The notes beneath the pieces are model-generated. The model searched no databases. It saw only the letters and a program-made list of their open reading frames with translations, and was not told the DNA's origin. A stretch of 64,000 bases of DNA from the human T2T-CHM13v2.0 reference genome, Homo sapiens. Shown one piece after another: positions 28,205-47,175 of this stretch. The stretch lies in NCBI RefSeq assembly GCF_009914755.1, contig NC_060935.1; one strand, 5' to 3'. Both the position numbers and the translations under genes were made by a program. Each line of letters opens with the position of its first letter. Within the stretch, counting starts at the first letter, position 1.

Positions 28205-29760
28205 TGAATAAAATAGCCTCACCAAGGAGTTGCTGGCCTAAGTTAACTTTAGAAATGAATGGAATCTGTAAGACTAGGCTAAAGAAACTGCATGTTAAGT
28301 ACTGCGCTCTAGTCAATAAATTTGTTTCCCATAGGGATATGGGGTAACAATTCTGATTCTGATATATAAATATTCCTTAAGCAAGGAAGCAAATGAATAG
28401 CTCATGGTGGCAGCCAGGTTTTCCACTTCTGGAGTGGGAATTTGTGGATTGGCATGGTGAGGAGATGAGATTGATCCATATGGTAATTGTTTAGACTTGG
28501 AGACAACAATAAGAACTCATGTTCAACTTAATATAGATATAGATCGTTACATGTAGAGATATTTATGGACATGTGTATATACACAGGTCATTATACACAC
28601 ATTTATTTCTTTGTTTTGCCAACTGTAAGTGTCTAAAAGAAATGGCACTAGAGCAGTAATGAGTATATGCAACACCCAGATCCAGATCTTGATTTCTATT
28701 ATTATTTTCCAATGAAAGTAACCAGTGTTGCTTGGAGAAATGGCTGGTTCAGGTGCAGGAAATATAAAAGATGAGCCTGGAGCATGTTGTGGTTCCATTG
28801 GGTAAGGAAGCCCTCACAAAGCAACAATAACAGCAACAGCAAGAACAAAATACATTGATGGCAGTATGTCAAAAAGGCACAAGAATCAACTGAAAGAACT
28901 CCTAGTGGACAAAGATTGACAATTTGAGCAGCAAAATAGTGCTGGATTTTAATTCTAAGATTAACATCTGCAAGTCCAGACTGATGTGAATAAAAAATCG
29001 AATAAATTAATAAATGGAGGACAATAATCAACGATGCAAAAGAATTCCAAATAAATTATGTAAATGCTTCATCCTAAAGGAGGGAGAGCAAAACTCTCCA
29101 CTGTTAAGTATGAGCTGTGCAAAGTGACTTCCTTCTAAAGAGTAAAGTATGGAAGTGGGGAGGAGATAGTAAATTTACAGCAGAGTAACCTGGCACACAC
29201 TACTTCAGTCAGGTGATCAAGGTCAATACCAACAGTTATAAATCATGTTGATAGTATACACCCTGGATATGATGTGATTAAAATAGTACTTTACCTCTGT
29301 GATCTACCTCTCTAAAACCCATAACCCTAATTTACCCATGAGACAAATCTCAATTTGGAGACATTCTAAAAAATGCCTGACCTATACTCATCAAAACTTT
29401 CAAAGTAATTGAAAGCAAATAAGGTATGAAAAACTGTTACAGCCAAGAGGAGCCTAAGGAGTCCAGATAACTACATGTAATATGGTATACTCGATGCGAC
29501 CCCAGAACAGAAAAAGGGCATTAGATAAAAACAAAGGGAATCTTAATAAACTATGGACTTCTTAATAAATATTCTCTTACTAAATAATTATGTATTGATA
29601 TTGTTTCATTAATTTTAACAAATATACTACACTAATGTAATGTGTTAATAATAAACTCTGTGTATGTCAGAGGAAAGAGAGGTAATGTAGGAATTCTTTG
29701 TACTATATGCTCAATTTTTTAGTGAATCTAAAACTTCTCTTAAAAATGAAGTTGATTCAT
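28205..29760 (+). mobile_element. L1MC3/L1MD-class long 3'UTR remnant
   Basis: aactttagaaatgaatggaatctgtaagacta...gtttcccataggg...aggtgatcaaggtcaatacca...aaagggcattagataaaa...gaatctaaaacttctcttaaaa. Confidence 0.8.
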
Positions 29761-30364
29761 AGAAAATCAATTGAACAAATGTTGCTTTTGGTTAATTGAT
29801 GATATAACTAAATAGTTCCTGTTTTAACCTTGTGGAAAGCAGAAATTGTTGGCTTGGTTATATATTTGATTTATTACTATGTGATGGATGGTATGTGTCA
29901 CCAAAACTGAACAGAATTTTATCACATGAAAGGAGTAACAGGAATATGCTTCCAGAAAAGAATGTATTCTTGACAGAAATTGATAGGGGTTACATTTTGG
30001 GGGCATCTAATGATTTAAATCTTTTATGACACATGTATTACTAGAATTTGTCAGAACGTTAATCTAAGTACAATCATGTGATAATGTATTCGGTTTGAAA
30101 CAGAATAACAAAGGGGCATTTGTCACTTAGCGTCAGAATGGATTCCTGGACAGATATGACCATATTGCCACTCAGCAGTAGCCAAGAAATTTAAATGACT
30201 TTTCCTCATTTTTTAGTCACTTAAATCAGACATGTATCCCTTACTACATGGCAAACCATGTGCTTAAGAAAAATAATACTTGATAAAATCAGAAAACAAA
30301 CATCTTAATATGTAGCTAATAGCATAGACAGACAAGGAAATATTTTTAGAGATCACCTAGCCCT

Positions 30365-31075
30365 GGCCTGTCGAGTATGGTAGCTTCTAGCCCCTTGAAT
30401 GTGGCTAGCAGGAATTAAGACATGCTTGTATTAGGGTTCTCCAGAAGGATAGAACTAATAGGATATATGTATATATGAAAGGAAGTTTATTAAGGAGAAT
30501 GGGCCCAGACGATCACAAGGTAAAGTCCCACAATAGGCCATATGCAAGCTGAGGAAAAAAGAAGGCAGGAGGGGCTCAGTCTAAGTCCAACAGCCTAAAA
30601 GTACGGAAACTGACAATGGAGCCTTCATTCCACGGCTGAAGGCCCAAGAGTCCCTAGCAACCCACTGGTGTAAGTGCAGGAGTCCAAAGGCTGAAAAACC
30701 TGGAGTCTGATGTTCAAGGGCAAGAGGAACAGATGGGAGCATGTAGCATGGGAGAAAGATGAAAGCCAGAAGACAGCAAGCAAGCTTCTCCCACCTTCTT
30801 CTGCCTGCTTTGTTCTAATGGGCGCTGGATGGTGCCCATCCACATTGAGGGTCTTCCTCTCCAGTCCACTGACTCAAATGTTAATCTCCTCTGGCAACAC
30901 CCTCACAGACATACCCAGAAACAATACTTACAGCTATCTAGGCATCCTTCAATCCAATCAAGGTAACAGCTAACATTAATAATCACAATTATGTGAGTGT
31001 GAAATACACTCATGGTTTTGAAGACTTAGTACCAAAAGAGAAAGCAAAATAGCTCAATAATTTTTATATAATCGG
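30365..31075. mobile_element. hAT-Charlie MITE (MER3/MER33/Charlie1-like), split by an MLT2B LTR
   Basis: tgtc...tatggtagc...tagcc...aatgtggctag (30365-30426) and gtgaaatacac...ttttgaagacttagtacc (30990-31075). Confidence 0.65.
30427..30987 (-). mobile_element. MLT2B (ERVL) solo LTR
   Basis: tgtattagggttctccagaagg...gactcaaatgttaatctcctctggcaacaccctcacagac...attaataatcaca termini. Confidence 0.92.
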
Positions 31076-31094
31076 CATACAGAAAAGTTTCATC

Positions 31095-31345
31095 TCCCTG
31101 AACATCTCCCTGCATTCCCATGGCAATCACTGGTTTGTTCTCCCTCACTGTGGTTTTGTCTTTTTGAGAATGTCATAAACATGAAATCATGTAGTTTGTA
31201 ACCTTTGGAGACTGACTTCTTTTACTCAGCATACTGCCCTTGAGTTGCTTCATGTATCAACGCTTATCAATCTTTTTTTTTTTAACTGAGCAGTATTATG
31301 TGTGGATATTCCACTGTTTATTCACCCATTGAAGGACATTTTGTT
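31095..31345 (-). mobile_element. L1ME 3'UTR fragment
   Basis: ggcaatcactggtttgttctcc...gagaatgtcataaacatgaaatcatgtag...ttcttttactcagcata...ttcacccattgaaggacatt. Confidence 0.7.
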
Positions 31346-31670
31346 TTGTTTTACTTACTGTATCTTGAAACTCTTAACATTTTATTTTAAACATAAAGAT
31401 ATCTATTGAAACATTATTATTGCTCTTAGTTTAAATTCAGGACTAATATGTGATTGGTAAAAACAAAAATGAAAGCAAAAAAATGTAAAAGAGAAGAAAC
31501 AAAATGTGGGTTCACTCCTCTGACCCTCAAATACACATGAAGGCAGTAAGAAGCTCTTAACCGTTTTCTTTGCCTCATTGCAGACTTGCTTTATTTCTTA
31601 CATTCCTTTTTGAAAACTCTTTTAAATATCAATCATGTACTTTTTTTATTTTTTTTTTACTATCTGGCCC

Positions 31671-37825
<6,155 letters not shown>

Positions 37826-38189
37826 ACTGCTCTTCATTTTTATGTTGTTATTAAAATACTTAAAACTATGAATTGGCTTATATTTGAGTCCTCTCACACT
37901 ATAGTTTTATTAGACAACATTGGTCTAGTCTAAGTTGCTTTTTATGTAAAGAAAGAACCTATGGCCCAGAGAACTTATGATCAGTGCCAGGTCCTGTTTT
38001 TAAGTGATCTGGATATTTTTAAACAAAAATGTTTCTCTATTTAACTGGGGAGAAGAGTTTTTTCAAGTTATCTATCACTAAGAAAATTTTCACTTAGGCT
38101 TCATGAAGTTCAAATACATTTTACATAACATTTTCACTGTTTTCTACTCAAGGAAGATCTTGGCCTACTGCCCTTCTGGGTTAAATAAA

Positions 38190-38420
38190 ATGAGCTACCA
38201 TTTATTGAGTGCTTATGCCATGTAGACCAGTGCTGCAATTTGTATAATAAATAGCTTACATAATTTATTATTGAGTTTAATTCTCACAAAAATCTTTTAT
38301 AGATGAAGAACCTGATGCTCAGAGAGCAATTTGCTTAAGCAACCACATTAATCAGAATGTGGTAAACATAGTATTTAAATGGGGTTCTTGTTCTAAAGCT
38401 TGTGTTCTCTCCACTGTTCT
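38190..38420. mobile_element. MIR remnant
   Basis: ctaccatttattgagtgctta...ttttatagatgaagaacctgatgctcagagag. Confidence 0.7.
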
Positions 38421-39024
38421 CAACTGCTTCTGAACACATGAAGTTATTTGTGTAAGCTGCTACAGCTGTCAATAGGAACCCTGTAAGGATTATTTAGCCT
38501 TTCACAGCTGTTTGGGATTAGTAAGAAGTTGATATTCCTTCAATTCTTCATCTGGCAGAACCTAGCATGGTAATATTTGCTCTAAAGAAAATAAGAATCT
38601 CTAATATTTTTTTCCTCTGGTGCCTGGAATACATCAGACTCCGCTGGGTTTAGAGGATCATACTGCAACAGAAGTTAAGGAAGAAGGAGCACCGTCGAGT
38701 CTAGATAAGTGCTCAGTTTTCCTGCTGTTTAGCAAACCCCCAATTATCTGAAAATTTCAATAACAGTATTTTTTTCTGTGCTCTTTCAGAAACAAGAGGA
38801 AATGACATCAAAGTTTTCTAATTTCAGAATTAAAGAAATTAATATACTCACACACACACCCTCATACCCACCCACGCACAGAGCTATACAGGAGATTCAT
38901 CACCCTTGGAGCTGCTGCTCCTCCTCCTAAGTTCTATATTGCAGCTAAAATTTTTCCTTATTTGGATTCTTAGTCACCGAAAAGCAAACACCAGAAATCA
39001 TCTGATTCAAATGATCCATTTTCA

Positions 39025-39440
39025 CCTCGTACATCAACACTGTTGCTAAGGTCGGTGAATTCCAACTCCATGATGTTTCTTGCATCCTTCCCTTGTTCTT
39101 TGTCATGGCAACTGCCCTAGTCACTGGTCCCATTCCTTTTTCCTGGATTAGTGCCCCATCTCCCTCTTGTTCACTATGTTCCAGTCATTTTGTTTTTCTT
39201 TAATCTCCTCAGAATCCAGAGCTATGCCCTGTGCCTGGAATGTTCTCCCCATGCCCTCTTTGGCTAAGTCTGACTAATTTTTCAGATCTCAACTCTTCTG
39301 CAGAATCCCTTCCTGACCTGCACAGATGAGGGAGGTCTTCTTTTAATAGGCTCTCATGGTATCCTGTTTTCCTTGTGGCACTTACAATGATAACAATTAA
39401 TTGTACAATCATATCCTTAATAGCTGTCTTCCCTGCTGGA
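39025..39440 (+). mobile_element. L2 LINE 3' remnant
   Basis: ttcctggattagtg...tgtgcctggaatgttctcccc...ttcagatctcaactc...cccttcctgacc. Confidence 0.65.
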
Positions 39441-39909
39441 ATGCCCTTAAATATTATGCTGGGCTGCTTTATACTACACTGTGCTGCTTTTTTCTAATAA
39501 ACAATTTCCTGTATTACTTCCATTGGGGCATCTTTGAAAATTTCTAAAATATTTATAAATGCAACAAGTGCTTATTCATTTATTTCTAACTCCCATTATA
39601 GATGGTTGAGAACATGAGTTTATAGTCATGACTTAACACTCCTCTTCTTAGCCTCCCTATATAAGGCTGATCAAGCTGCCGTTACGTTTTATGATGTTGG
39701 AAGAGTACCTTAGCTTGTGGGTGAGTCAATCTTCTCAACTGAAAAATGGGGATAATAATAGTACTGAACACTTCAGAGCTTTACAGATAAAAGTAAATCA
39801 GGTAATATTCAGATGAAAGTTAATTCAGATAATATATTTGAGGGTACAAACAAAATGTCCATGAAAGTTGGCAAGTATTAATTTACATTTCAGGGGTATC
39901 TGTATATTT

Positions 39910-40048
39910 ATTTATTCATTATTTTTATTAAAAAATGTTGTAAAGATGGGGGTCTCACTATGTTGCCCAGGCTGGTCTCAAACTTCTGGCCCCCTACATC
40001 AGCCTCCCAAAGTGCTGGAATTACAGTCACGAGCCACCATGCCAGACC
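39910..40048 (-). mobile_element. FLAM / Alu left monomer
   Basis: gatgggggtctcactatgttgcccaggctggtctcaaac...cctcccaaagtgctggaattacag; TSD ctgtatattt at 39900-39909 and 40049-40058. Confidence 0.9.
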
Positions 40049-40339
40049 CTGTATATTTTTCCTATTGAAAAAGTGTTCAGTATAACTTCTCAGAAGCAAA
40101 TTCCAATTACCAAGGGGAACAGCTCTCAAGTGTGAGACAAATTTGCATCCTCCTTTGATCTATTCATACATTTCATTTCTGTAGTCATTAAACATGGCTT
40201 TTTTTTTCCACTAAGAAATCTTTAAACTTATTGAAAATAACCTCAGGCTGATCCTAGTCTTTCTTAGTAACTGTACATATGGCATATAGAGCTGGAAAAA
40301 CACATAAATTAGACAATAGAGAAGCAACCAAGCTGTGTT

Positions 40340-40383
40340 TTATATATATACATATATATGTATATATATATATATGTATATAT
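40340..40383. repeat. (TA)n-type microsatellite
   Basis: tatatatatacatatatatgtatatatatatatatgtatatat. Confidence 0.95.
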
Positions 40384-41440
40384 TTGGTGTATCCTTTTGT
40401 GCAGAGGCTTACTTTGAAGAGCATGTGGGAGAGGAAGTGTTTAAGAAAATAAGAATGAAGGGAAAGAGAAAATTCAACATCTGTAAGACGCATGTATGTG
40501 ATTATCATAACTGGGCATGTCTGACTCTAAAGAGTATTAAAATATGCTCTGAGAATCAGCAGCAAAGAACTGGAAACACTACATAAATGGAGATGGACCT
40601 CACAAGATACATTCAAGCATCCTAATTATACAGGTACACATCTTTCATTTGTTCAAAGATATATTCAGGACCCAAACTACTGTATTCAGACCTCTATGCC
40701 CATATTTATGTCTGGATGTACACTTAAAGGAGGCAAAGGCACGGTGCAGTACTTTGCTCAGAATTTCCAGGCAGGCTGATTGTCCTGGCTATGATTCCAG
40801 TCATCATAAATACATTTGATTCTCACAAATGGTTCCCTGGTTGCATCCAGCAGGTCCATTTGTAAGGCAAGTAGTTAGCTTGTTCTGCTGCTCTGTGACT
40901 TTTTGAAGAGTTCCTGCATTCCTGCTAAGCATGAACAAAGCAGGAAGACATTAATGTGCTGACCACAATCTCCTCTGGCCACCTCAGGGAAACTAGCATC
41001 ATGGATTAAATCATTTCTTTGCTAAATGACACCTGTTGAAACTGACAAGCCAACAAAGCTGAGATCCCATGCTGAGCAGAGGAATTACAAGCAATGGGGC
41101 TGCCCACAGCATTGCTGCATGACAGTGGGTGACTGAGAATCACATTAACACAGTAGTGAATTCACACACTTGATTTCCAAGCATTCCTCACATGCTATCC
41201 TTCTTGGGTGTAAATTTTGCATTTATTCATTGAAAAGTATTGTGATTCATAAAATTATAATTTTTATTATAATTTGGATTCTCTACAGACTTTGTTACTG
41301 TATTGCATGGTATTTATTAATATGTATATTATTAAATCTAATTTTTTTACAAAAGCTTTTAAAACATGAATTTCTAATAAGAAAATGACAATTCTTCTAG
41401 AAGTAGCAGTGATAATAATAACAATAATAATAATAATTGC

Positions 41441-41794
41441 TGTATTAGTCTGTTTTCACACTGCTGATAAAGATGTACTTGAGACTGGGCAATTTACAAA
41501 AGAAATAGGTGTAATGGACTTACAGTTCCACGTGTCTAGGGAAGCCTCACAATAATGGCAGAAAGCAAGGAGGAGCAAGTCACATCTTACATGGGTGACA
41601 GCAGGCGAAAAGAGAGCTTGTGCAGGGAAACTCCCATTTTTAAAACCATCAGATCCCATAAGACTTATTCACTGTCACAAGAAAAGCATAGCAAAGACCT
41701 GCCCTTGTGATTCAATCACCTCCCACGGGGTCCCTTCCACAACACGTGGGAATTCATGATGAGATTTGGGTGGGGACACAGTCAAACCATATCA
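41441..41794 (-). mobile_element. THE1 (THE1B-like) solo LTR
   Basis: tgtattagtc...gcaaggaggagcaagtcacatcttacatgg...aaaccatatca; TSD attgc/attgg. Confidence 0.95.
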
Positions 41795-42074
41795 ATTGGT
41801 AACTTTTACTAATTGCATATTTTTTTGACATAAACTTCCATATCACCTTATATATATTGGCTTATTTAAGATTGTCCCTGTTATAAATGAAGCTTTAAGT
41901 CTCTGTTCTTTGAAAATTGGAAAGCTTTAGGTTTCACCATGTTATGGAAGAAAAATTGTCTCTGTGAATATAATTCCCAAATAATTAAAATATCAATTCA
42001 CATGGTCCAAAGCTGACGGGTTGTTGTTCTGGCAGGTTTCAGAGGAAACATCAATAGTGATAATGGCTGAACTC

Positions 42075-42315
42075 ATTCATGGACCACTCACTATATATGC
42101 CAAGCAGAGTGCTAAGCCCTTCACAGATATTATTTACTTTTATCCCGGCAACAAATGTATTAGTTAAAAATTAATATTGTTTCCTTCTGACAGATGACAA
42201 TTGAAGTTTGGAGATTAAGCTATTTGCTAAGGATCACCATGCTAGATTGTGGCAAAACTAGATCCAGAACTAAAGTCCGCCTGACTTAAAGGCTGGACTC
42301 TACATTACTATGCTA
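42075..42315. mobile_element. MIR remnant
   Basis: cactcactatatatgccaagcagagtgctaagccct...gacagatgacaattgaagtttggagattaag...aggatcac. Confidence 0.7.
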
Positions 42316-43195
42316 ACTGGTGGTATTTAAATCAATTATTTCCTAAACATTTTGTTTGTGTCTACACTTTTAAAAGGGAGAGAAAACATTTTCCCATAAT
42401 CTTAGGGGTTTAACTATCCCCTCTTACAGTAATTTTGGGACATCTTCAAATCAAACTCAACATAAAGGACTTGTGTTCAAATGATTTATGAATTATAGTC
42501 AGACCTGAATCTTTAGAATCCTGTAAACAATCAAACACTAAATTTTGGGTATCTTCCTCACTGTCCATATACATTATCATTGAACTTCTGTGAAATAATA
42601 TTTTATCACTCTAGATGTTATTTATCACATACAAGATGGCTATTTAAAATTTTACAGGCACTAGCACACTAAAAAGAAACAAATAATAATGCAGGTAGGT
42701 AGGTGTGTCAGAGCTGTAATTGGAATAAATGCAACGACAAGGGAAACAATAGAAGCAAATGTCATAGTTTGAGCAGCAACCATATTGTATAGTTAGGTCT
42801 ATTAAACAATAACCATGATTTTCCAAGAGTTTCACTTTTAATTCGAATGTTTTGTTTTCTCCCTCTCTCTCTCTGGAAAATGAAGGCAACTCTACCCATA
42901 CTCATCTTGGATGCTAGAACATCCATGTGACTGAGGCACAGATGATATATGAATGACTCAAAAGGGCACTTCTGTGTCTTACTTTTTTGTATGCACTTAG
43001 AAAACATCTTAGCATTAGTTCTCTTATGAAAATGAATGAAAATACCTACTTTTCAGGGTTTTAGGAGGATTATATAGGTTAGTACCTGCAAAGCATCTAT
43101 ACACTGGCACATAGGAAACATTCCATCTTTTGATCCCATAAATCTGCTAGCAGTGAGTCCTTCTGTACAAAGAAGAAAAAATAATTCCCCATTAT

Positions 43196-43319
43196 CAGTG
43201 GAGTACTGATGACAGCCTCATACCAGCTTATAGGAGCCGATTACATTAATTTCTTCCCAGCTTCTAATGATGCTAAAAATTAAGCTCAATTTTTATACAT
43301 TTACCACTATACCACCATG
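43196..43319. mobile_element. hAT MITE remnant (MER63-like)
   Basis: cagtggagtactg...ctcataccagcttatagggagccgatt...tttaccactataccacc, with TIR-like ends. Confidence 0.5.
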
Positions 43320-43320
43320 G

Positions 43321-45280
43321 CCATAATTTATCTTCCATATTCTGTCCTCTAGGAAATCTTTTAGTAGCAGGTAGGTTAGAAAATAACTACTGGAAATAAA
43401 ACAAGCATGTATCTTGTTTGTGTTAGGCAGCAGCCTCATATTCTGCTGAGATGTCAAAGACAATGCAATGTGACCTAATTATATACTGATCCATTAGATG
43501 AGATTTTCAATATCTTAGAGTGAAAATCTGCTAGTTCAGAAATACCAGTAGGAAGCACACTTTTCCTATTCTCCACTTATGTGCCCACCATAGGAATAAC
43601 TGATCAATACACTCTTCTCACTGAGTTTACACATACTTCTGTGCCACATATTACACTAAGTGCTTTGAATACAAATCATATTTAATCATGCAAGTAATTT
43701 TCTTTGATAAGTATCACCCACCACTTAATATAAAGGAATAAAATAAGGCTCACAAGGCTAAGTAAAGGACCTGATGTTGAAGAGCTGTGTTAGAGATTGA
43801 CTGGCTAGAACACAGACTGCAAAGCCTGTGTTCTTCATCGGTGTATTCTATCCCTTCCCATTCTATTGAATAAATACTGTGTTGTAATGGGTAGAAATTA
43901 TTCATTTTATAAATGAAGGTAACTGAGGGATTAGGAAATGAAGGCTTTTAAAACATGATTCCATAAATGCAGGATTTCATTTCTCCCTATAGAATTACAA
44001 AATAAAAGCAAGTCCATAAACCCGATTAGCAGATACAGGGCTGCCCGTCTTTGGGAATGTTAATCTCTGGTCACATGTTGCAAATGTTTAACTGTTCTAT
44101 CCATCACATAATCTCTTCTTGTAAATTTATCATGAAATATATTTACAGCTCTCTATATGACATATAAATCATAGACCAAGAGCTGAATTTAGCCAACATT
44201 TTGAAATCATTCCCAAGAGATGTTGCGGTATAAAATTTTATATTCAGTTTAGCACACTATGTTAACGAACACACTAAAACCGCAGGACATTTCAATTACT
44301 AGAATTAAACAGACCTCTTAAAATATTCCAAATGTATTCTGCAGAGGCTTGTCAGTGGAGGTGGAGTGTATGGGATTATCTTTCTATCTCAACTGAAATG
44401 ATCCCACAGTAAGCGTTTGGTTACTTAGTAACATTAAAATTGCAGTTAAGTTCCCTTACAATTAGTGGCCTTCAAATAAATAGTTTTGAGAACTAATTAC
44501 ATACTTTGGCAGAATTTCATTCTTTCTGTTTTGGTAGTTATTCTGGTAAATTTCTAAATGTAGTGGGCATGATCTTCCTCTCCAAATGCTTTTTTACGTT
44601 TTAAAGAAGAAAGGCTAGTTTGTACTGAAACTTGATTTGGAGATGAATAGATCAAGAAGAAATGGACGTAAGTTGTTCAAAGAATAAATTGAAAAAGATG
44701 AAATAAAGATTTTTGTCCCATTACTTATGACCTCAAAACATCTATAGTTAAAATAATTAGGCAGATGAACAATCATATCTAAGAATATTTGTGTACTTAC
44801 GATGTTAAAAACATGATAGAAGATGATGTATTATCCTCGGAGACACAACATCATGCAGTCAAAGCATTCAGTTCTTTGGCCTAGTTAGTCATTTCTACTA
44901 CAGGTATTTGCAAATTTTAGGAAAACTCTGTTGTGACTGATGAAGTGAAGCCTCAAATTTTTATTGAACATTCTATAATTAAAGAAGTTAAGAAAGAGTA
45001 TCCATATGTTACCATTTTTGACATGGTTAGCAACAATAGTAGTGACTATGCACCATTTATCTTCAGGCAGGGTGGAAAGTAAACTACTGGAAAGAAAACA
45101 AGCTGATACTTGATGTGTAAGAGCACTTTCCTGCTTTGCTCAGGTTCCAAAGACAATAAATGTTACCTATTCATATATTGACACATTAGATAGGATGCCC
45201 ATTCACTTAGTGTAAAAATCTGCTAGTTCAGAACTACCAAGGGGAAGCATACATTTTCTGTTCTCTGCTTTTATACTCAT
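43321..45280. repeat. Diverged ~230-260 bp direct repeat (copies 43321-43585 and 45051-45280)
   Basis: Shared blocks atttatcttc, aactactggaaa(t/g)aaaacaagc, caaagacaat, cattagat, aaaatctgctagttcagaa, ggaagca. Confidence 0.9.
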
Positions 45281-45719
45281 GTGTCCAAGAGATATCAAAT
45301 ATTTGTCATACACTGTGCCAGGTACATGAATATGACATGGTCCCTAGTACAAAGAGAATTGTGATCTGAGAAATAGATGATAAACATACAACATAGTGAA
45401 ATGGAACTATCCATAAGACGTAGCAGCAGGTGATGGAGGTAACACTGGGCATGTGTTCTGAATGTGAATAGGAATTTGATAGGTAAGAGTCATTTCATCT
45501 CAGCTATAATTTTCTCCAATAAGTCATTGTTGACATTGCTCCCTTGCACCACCCAGAATGAATTTGAGGTGGTACCTCTGAGCTCAAAGAATTCTTAATG
45601 TATTGCTTTGCCATGACTTGATATAATTAGCTAACATCACAAATCCTCTGAAAGCTTCCAAAAGCCAAAGTGCTTATAGTTCTTACATTAACCAATCTAC
45701 TCTCTTTAGCTTTTTGAAC

Positions 45720-46150
45720 TCATCTCTTTCAACTCATCTCAGCCAACTAGACTCTTTGCTACTTGCGCAATGTGTGGAACATGTTCTACTTCTGAGCTTT
45801 TGTTCTTGCTGTGCCCTCAACCTGGAGAGCTCTTTCCATAGGTACCAACATGGCTCCCCCTGCCCCATCTTTAAGTCTTCTCACATATCATCTTCTCATT
45901 AAGGACATTCCTGACTACCTTATTTTAAAACATCATTCCCACAGACACTTTTTTGATGCCCCTTTCCTGCTTTATTTATTTTTTTACGTTACATACCTTT
46001 CTGTGTCTATTATCTATCCCCTTTCCTCGCTCCACTTAAATATGAGCTTCATGAAGACAGGGGCTTCTGTTCGTTTTGCTAATTGCTGGACTCTGGGACA
46101 AGAAGAGCTTCTGGCACATAAGAGGCAATCTATAAATGTTTGTAGAATGA
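45720..46150 (+). mobile_element. L2 LINE 3' end
   Basis: ttgttcttgctgtgccctcaacctgga...atgagcttcatgaagacaggg...ctggcacataagaggcaatctataaatgtttgtagaatga. Confidence 0.8.
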
Positions 46151-46239
46151 TTTAAAACTGAAATAATGTATGTATTATTCAGAATACACAGTAAGTTTTT
46201 ATAATGTTTCAGATGCCCTTTGAAGATGGCTGTTAGGTG

Positions 46240-46357
46240 GAAAAGACTGACAGTATACAAGTAAATAAGTAAATAAAATGTACTAATTACAGATTGTAGT
46301 TAATAGAATGAACAAAACAAGCAGATATCTTTATTTAAAAATATGATATATGATATG

Positions 46358-46404
<47 letters not shown>

Positions 46405-47175
46405 TTTTAAACCAGGACAATCAGAAAATGCCCCTCTGAAGAGATAAGCTGAGATCTGACATCCAAGCATCACTCATTTATAGAGTTGGTGAGCAGAGGT
46501 CAGTACTATTCAAAGCAGAGGATGGAGTAACTGTTAAAAAATATCCAGGGCAGGAAAGAAATGAAATTTTTTTATATCACAAAAATTAAAAAGGAGAGGA
46601 TGTGGAAGACAGTGGAATGAGCAAGGGTTATTGGTGGAGGCCACACCATACAAGGTTGTAGGAGACATGATAAGGCATTTGGATTTATTTGAAGAGTTTT
46701 TGGAAAGTATCAAATGATTTTAATTGGGGAAATGGCATGATTTCCTATAGATTTTAAAGAGTCTTCTCTTTTAAAGATCCTGTGTAGTGCGTGAATAGGA
46801 CTGTGACAAGAATGGAACTGGAATAATAGGAGGCTCTTATAGCCATCCAGGTGAGATCCCATGATTTAGGTTAAGAATATTAATGATGGTGATGCGTGGA
46901 TATGTTTAAGATTGACTTTAAGGATAGATCATTAGGTGTTGGATTGCATTTAGGAGGTAAAGAAAAGAGAGAGAGGAAAAACAAGTCTTCATTTTCTGGC
47001 TTTGGTAATAAAATAATATCATTTATTGAGATAGGGAATGTAGGGAAATGAATGGGGAAAAAGGGATAAAAAAGGGATAGAAATTTGGTTTCTTTCTGGA
47101 TATGTTAAGTTTGAAAGGCTTATGTGATATCCAAGTGGAGATGTCACGTAGGCAGGTCAATACATAGGCTAGATC
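46240..47175 (-). mobile_element. L2 remnant interrupted by (TG)n
   Basis: cagaaaatgcccctctgaagag...tttggatttatttgaag...tggatatgttaagtttgaaagg...atccaagtggagatgtc. Confidence 0.75.
46359..46403. repeat. (TG)n microsatellite, about 22 units
   Basis: Uninterrupted tg run. Confidence 0.98.
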
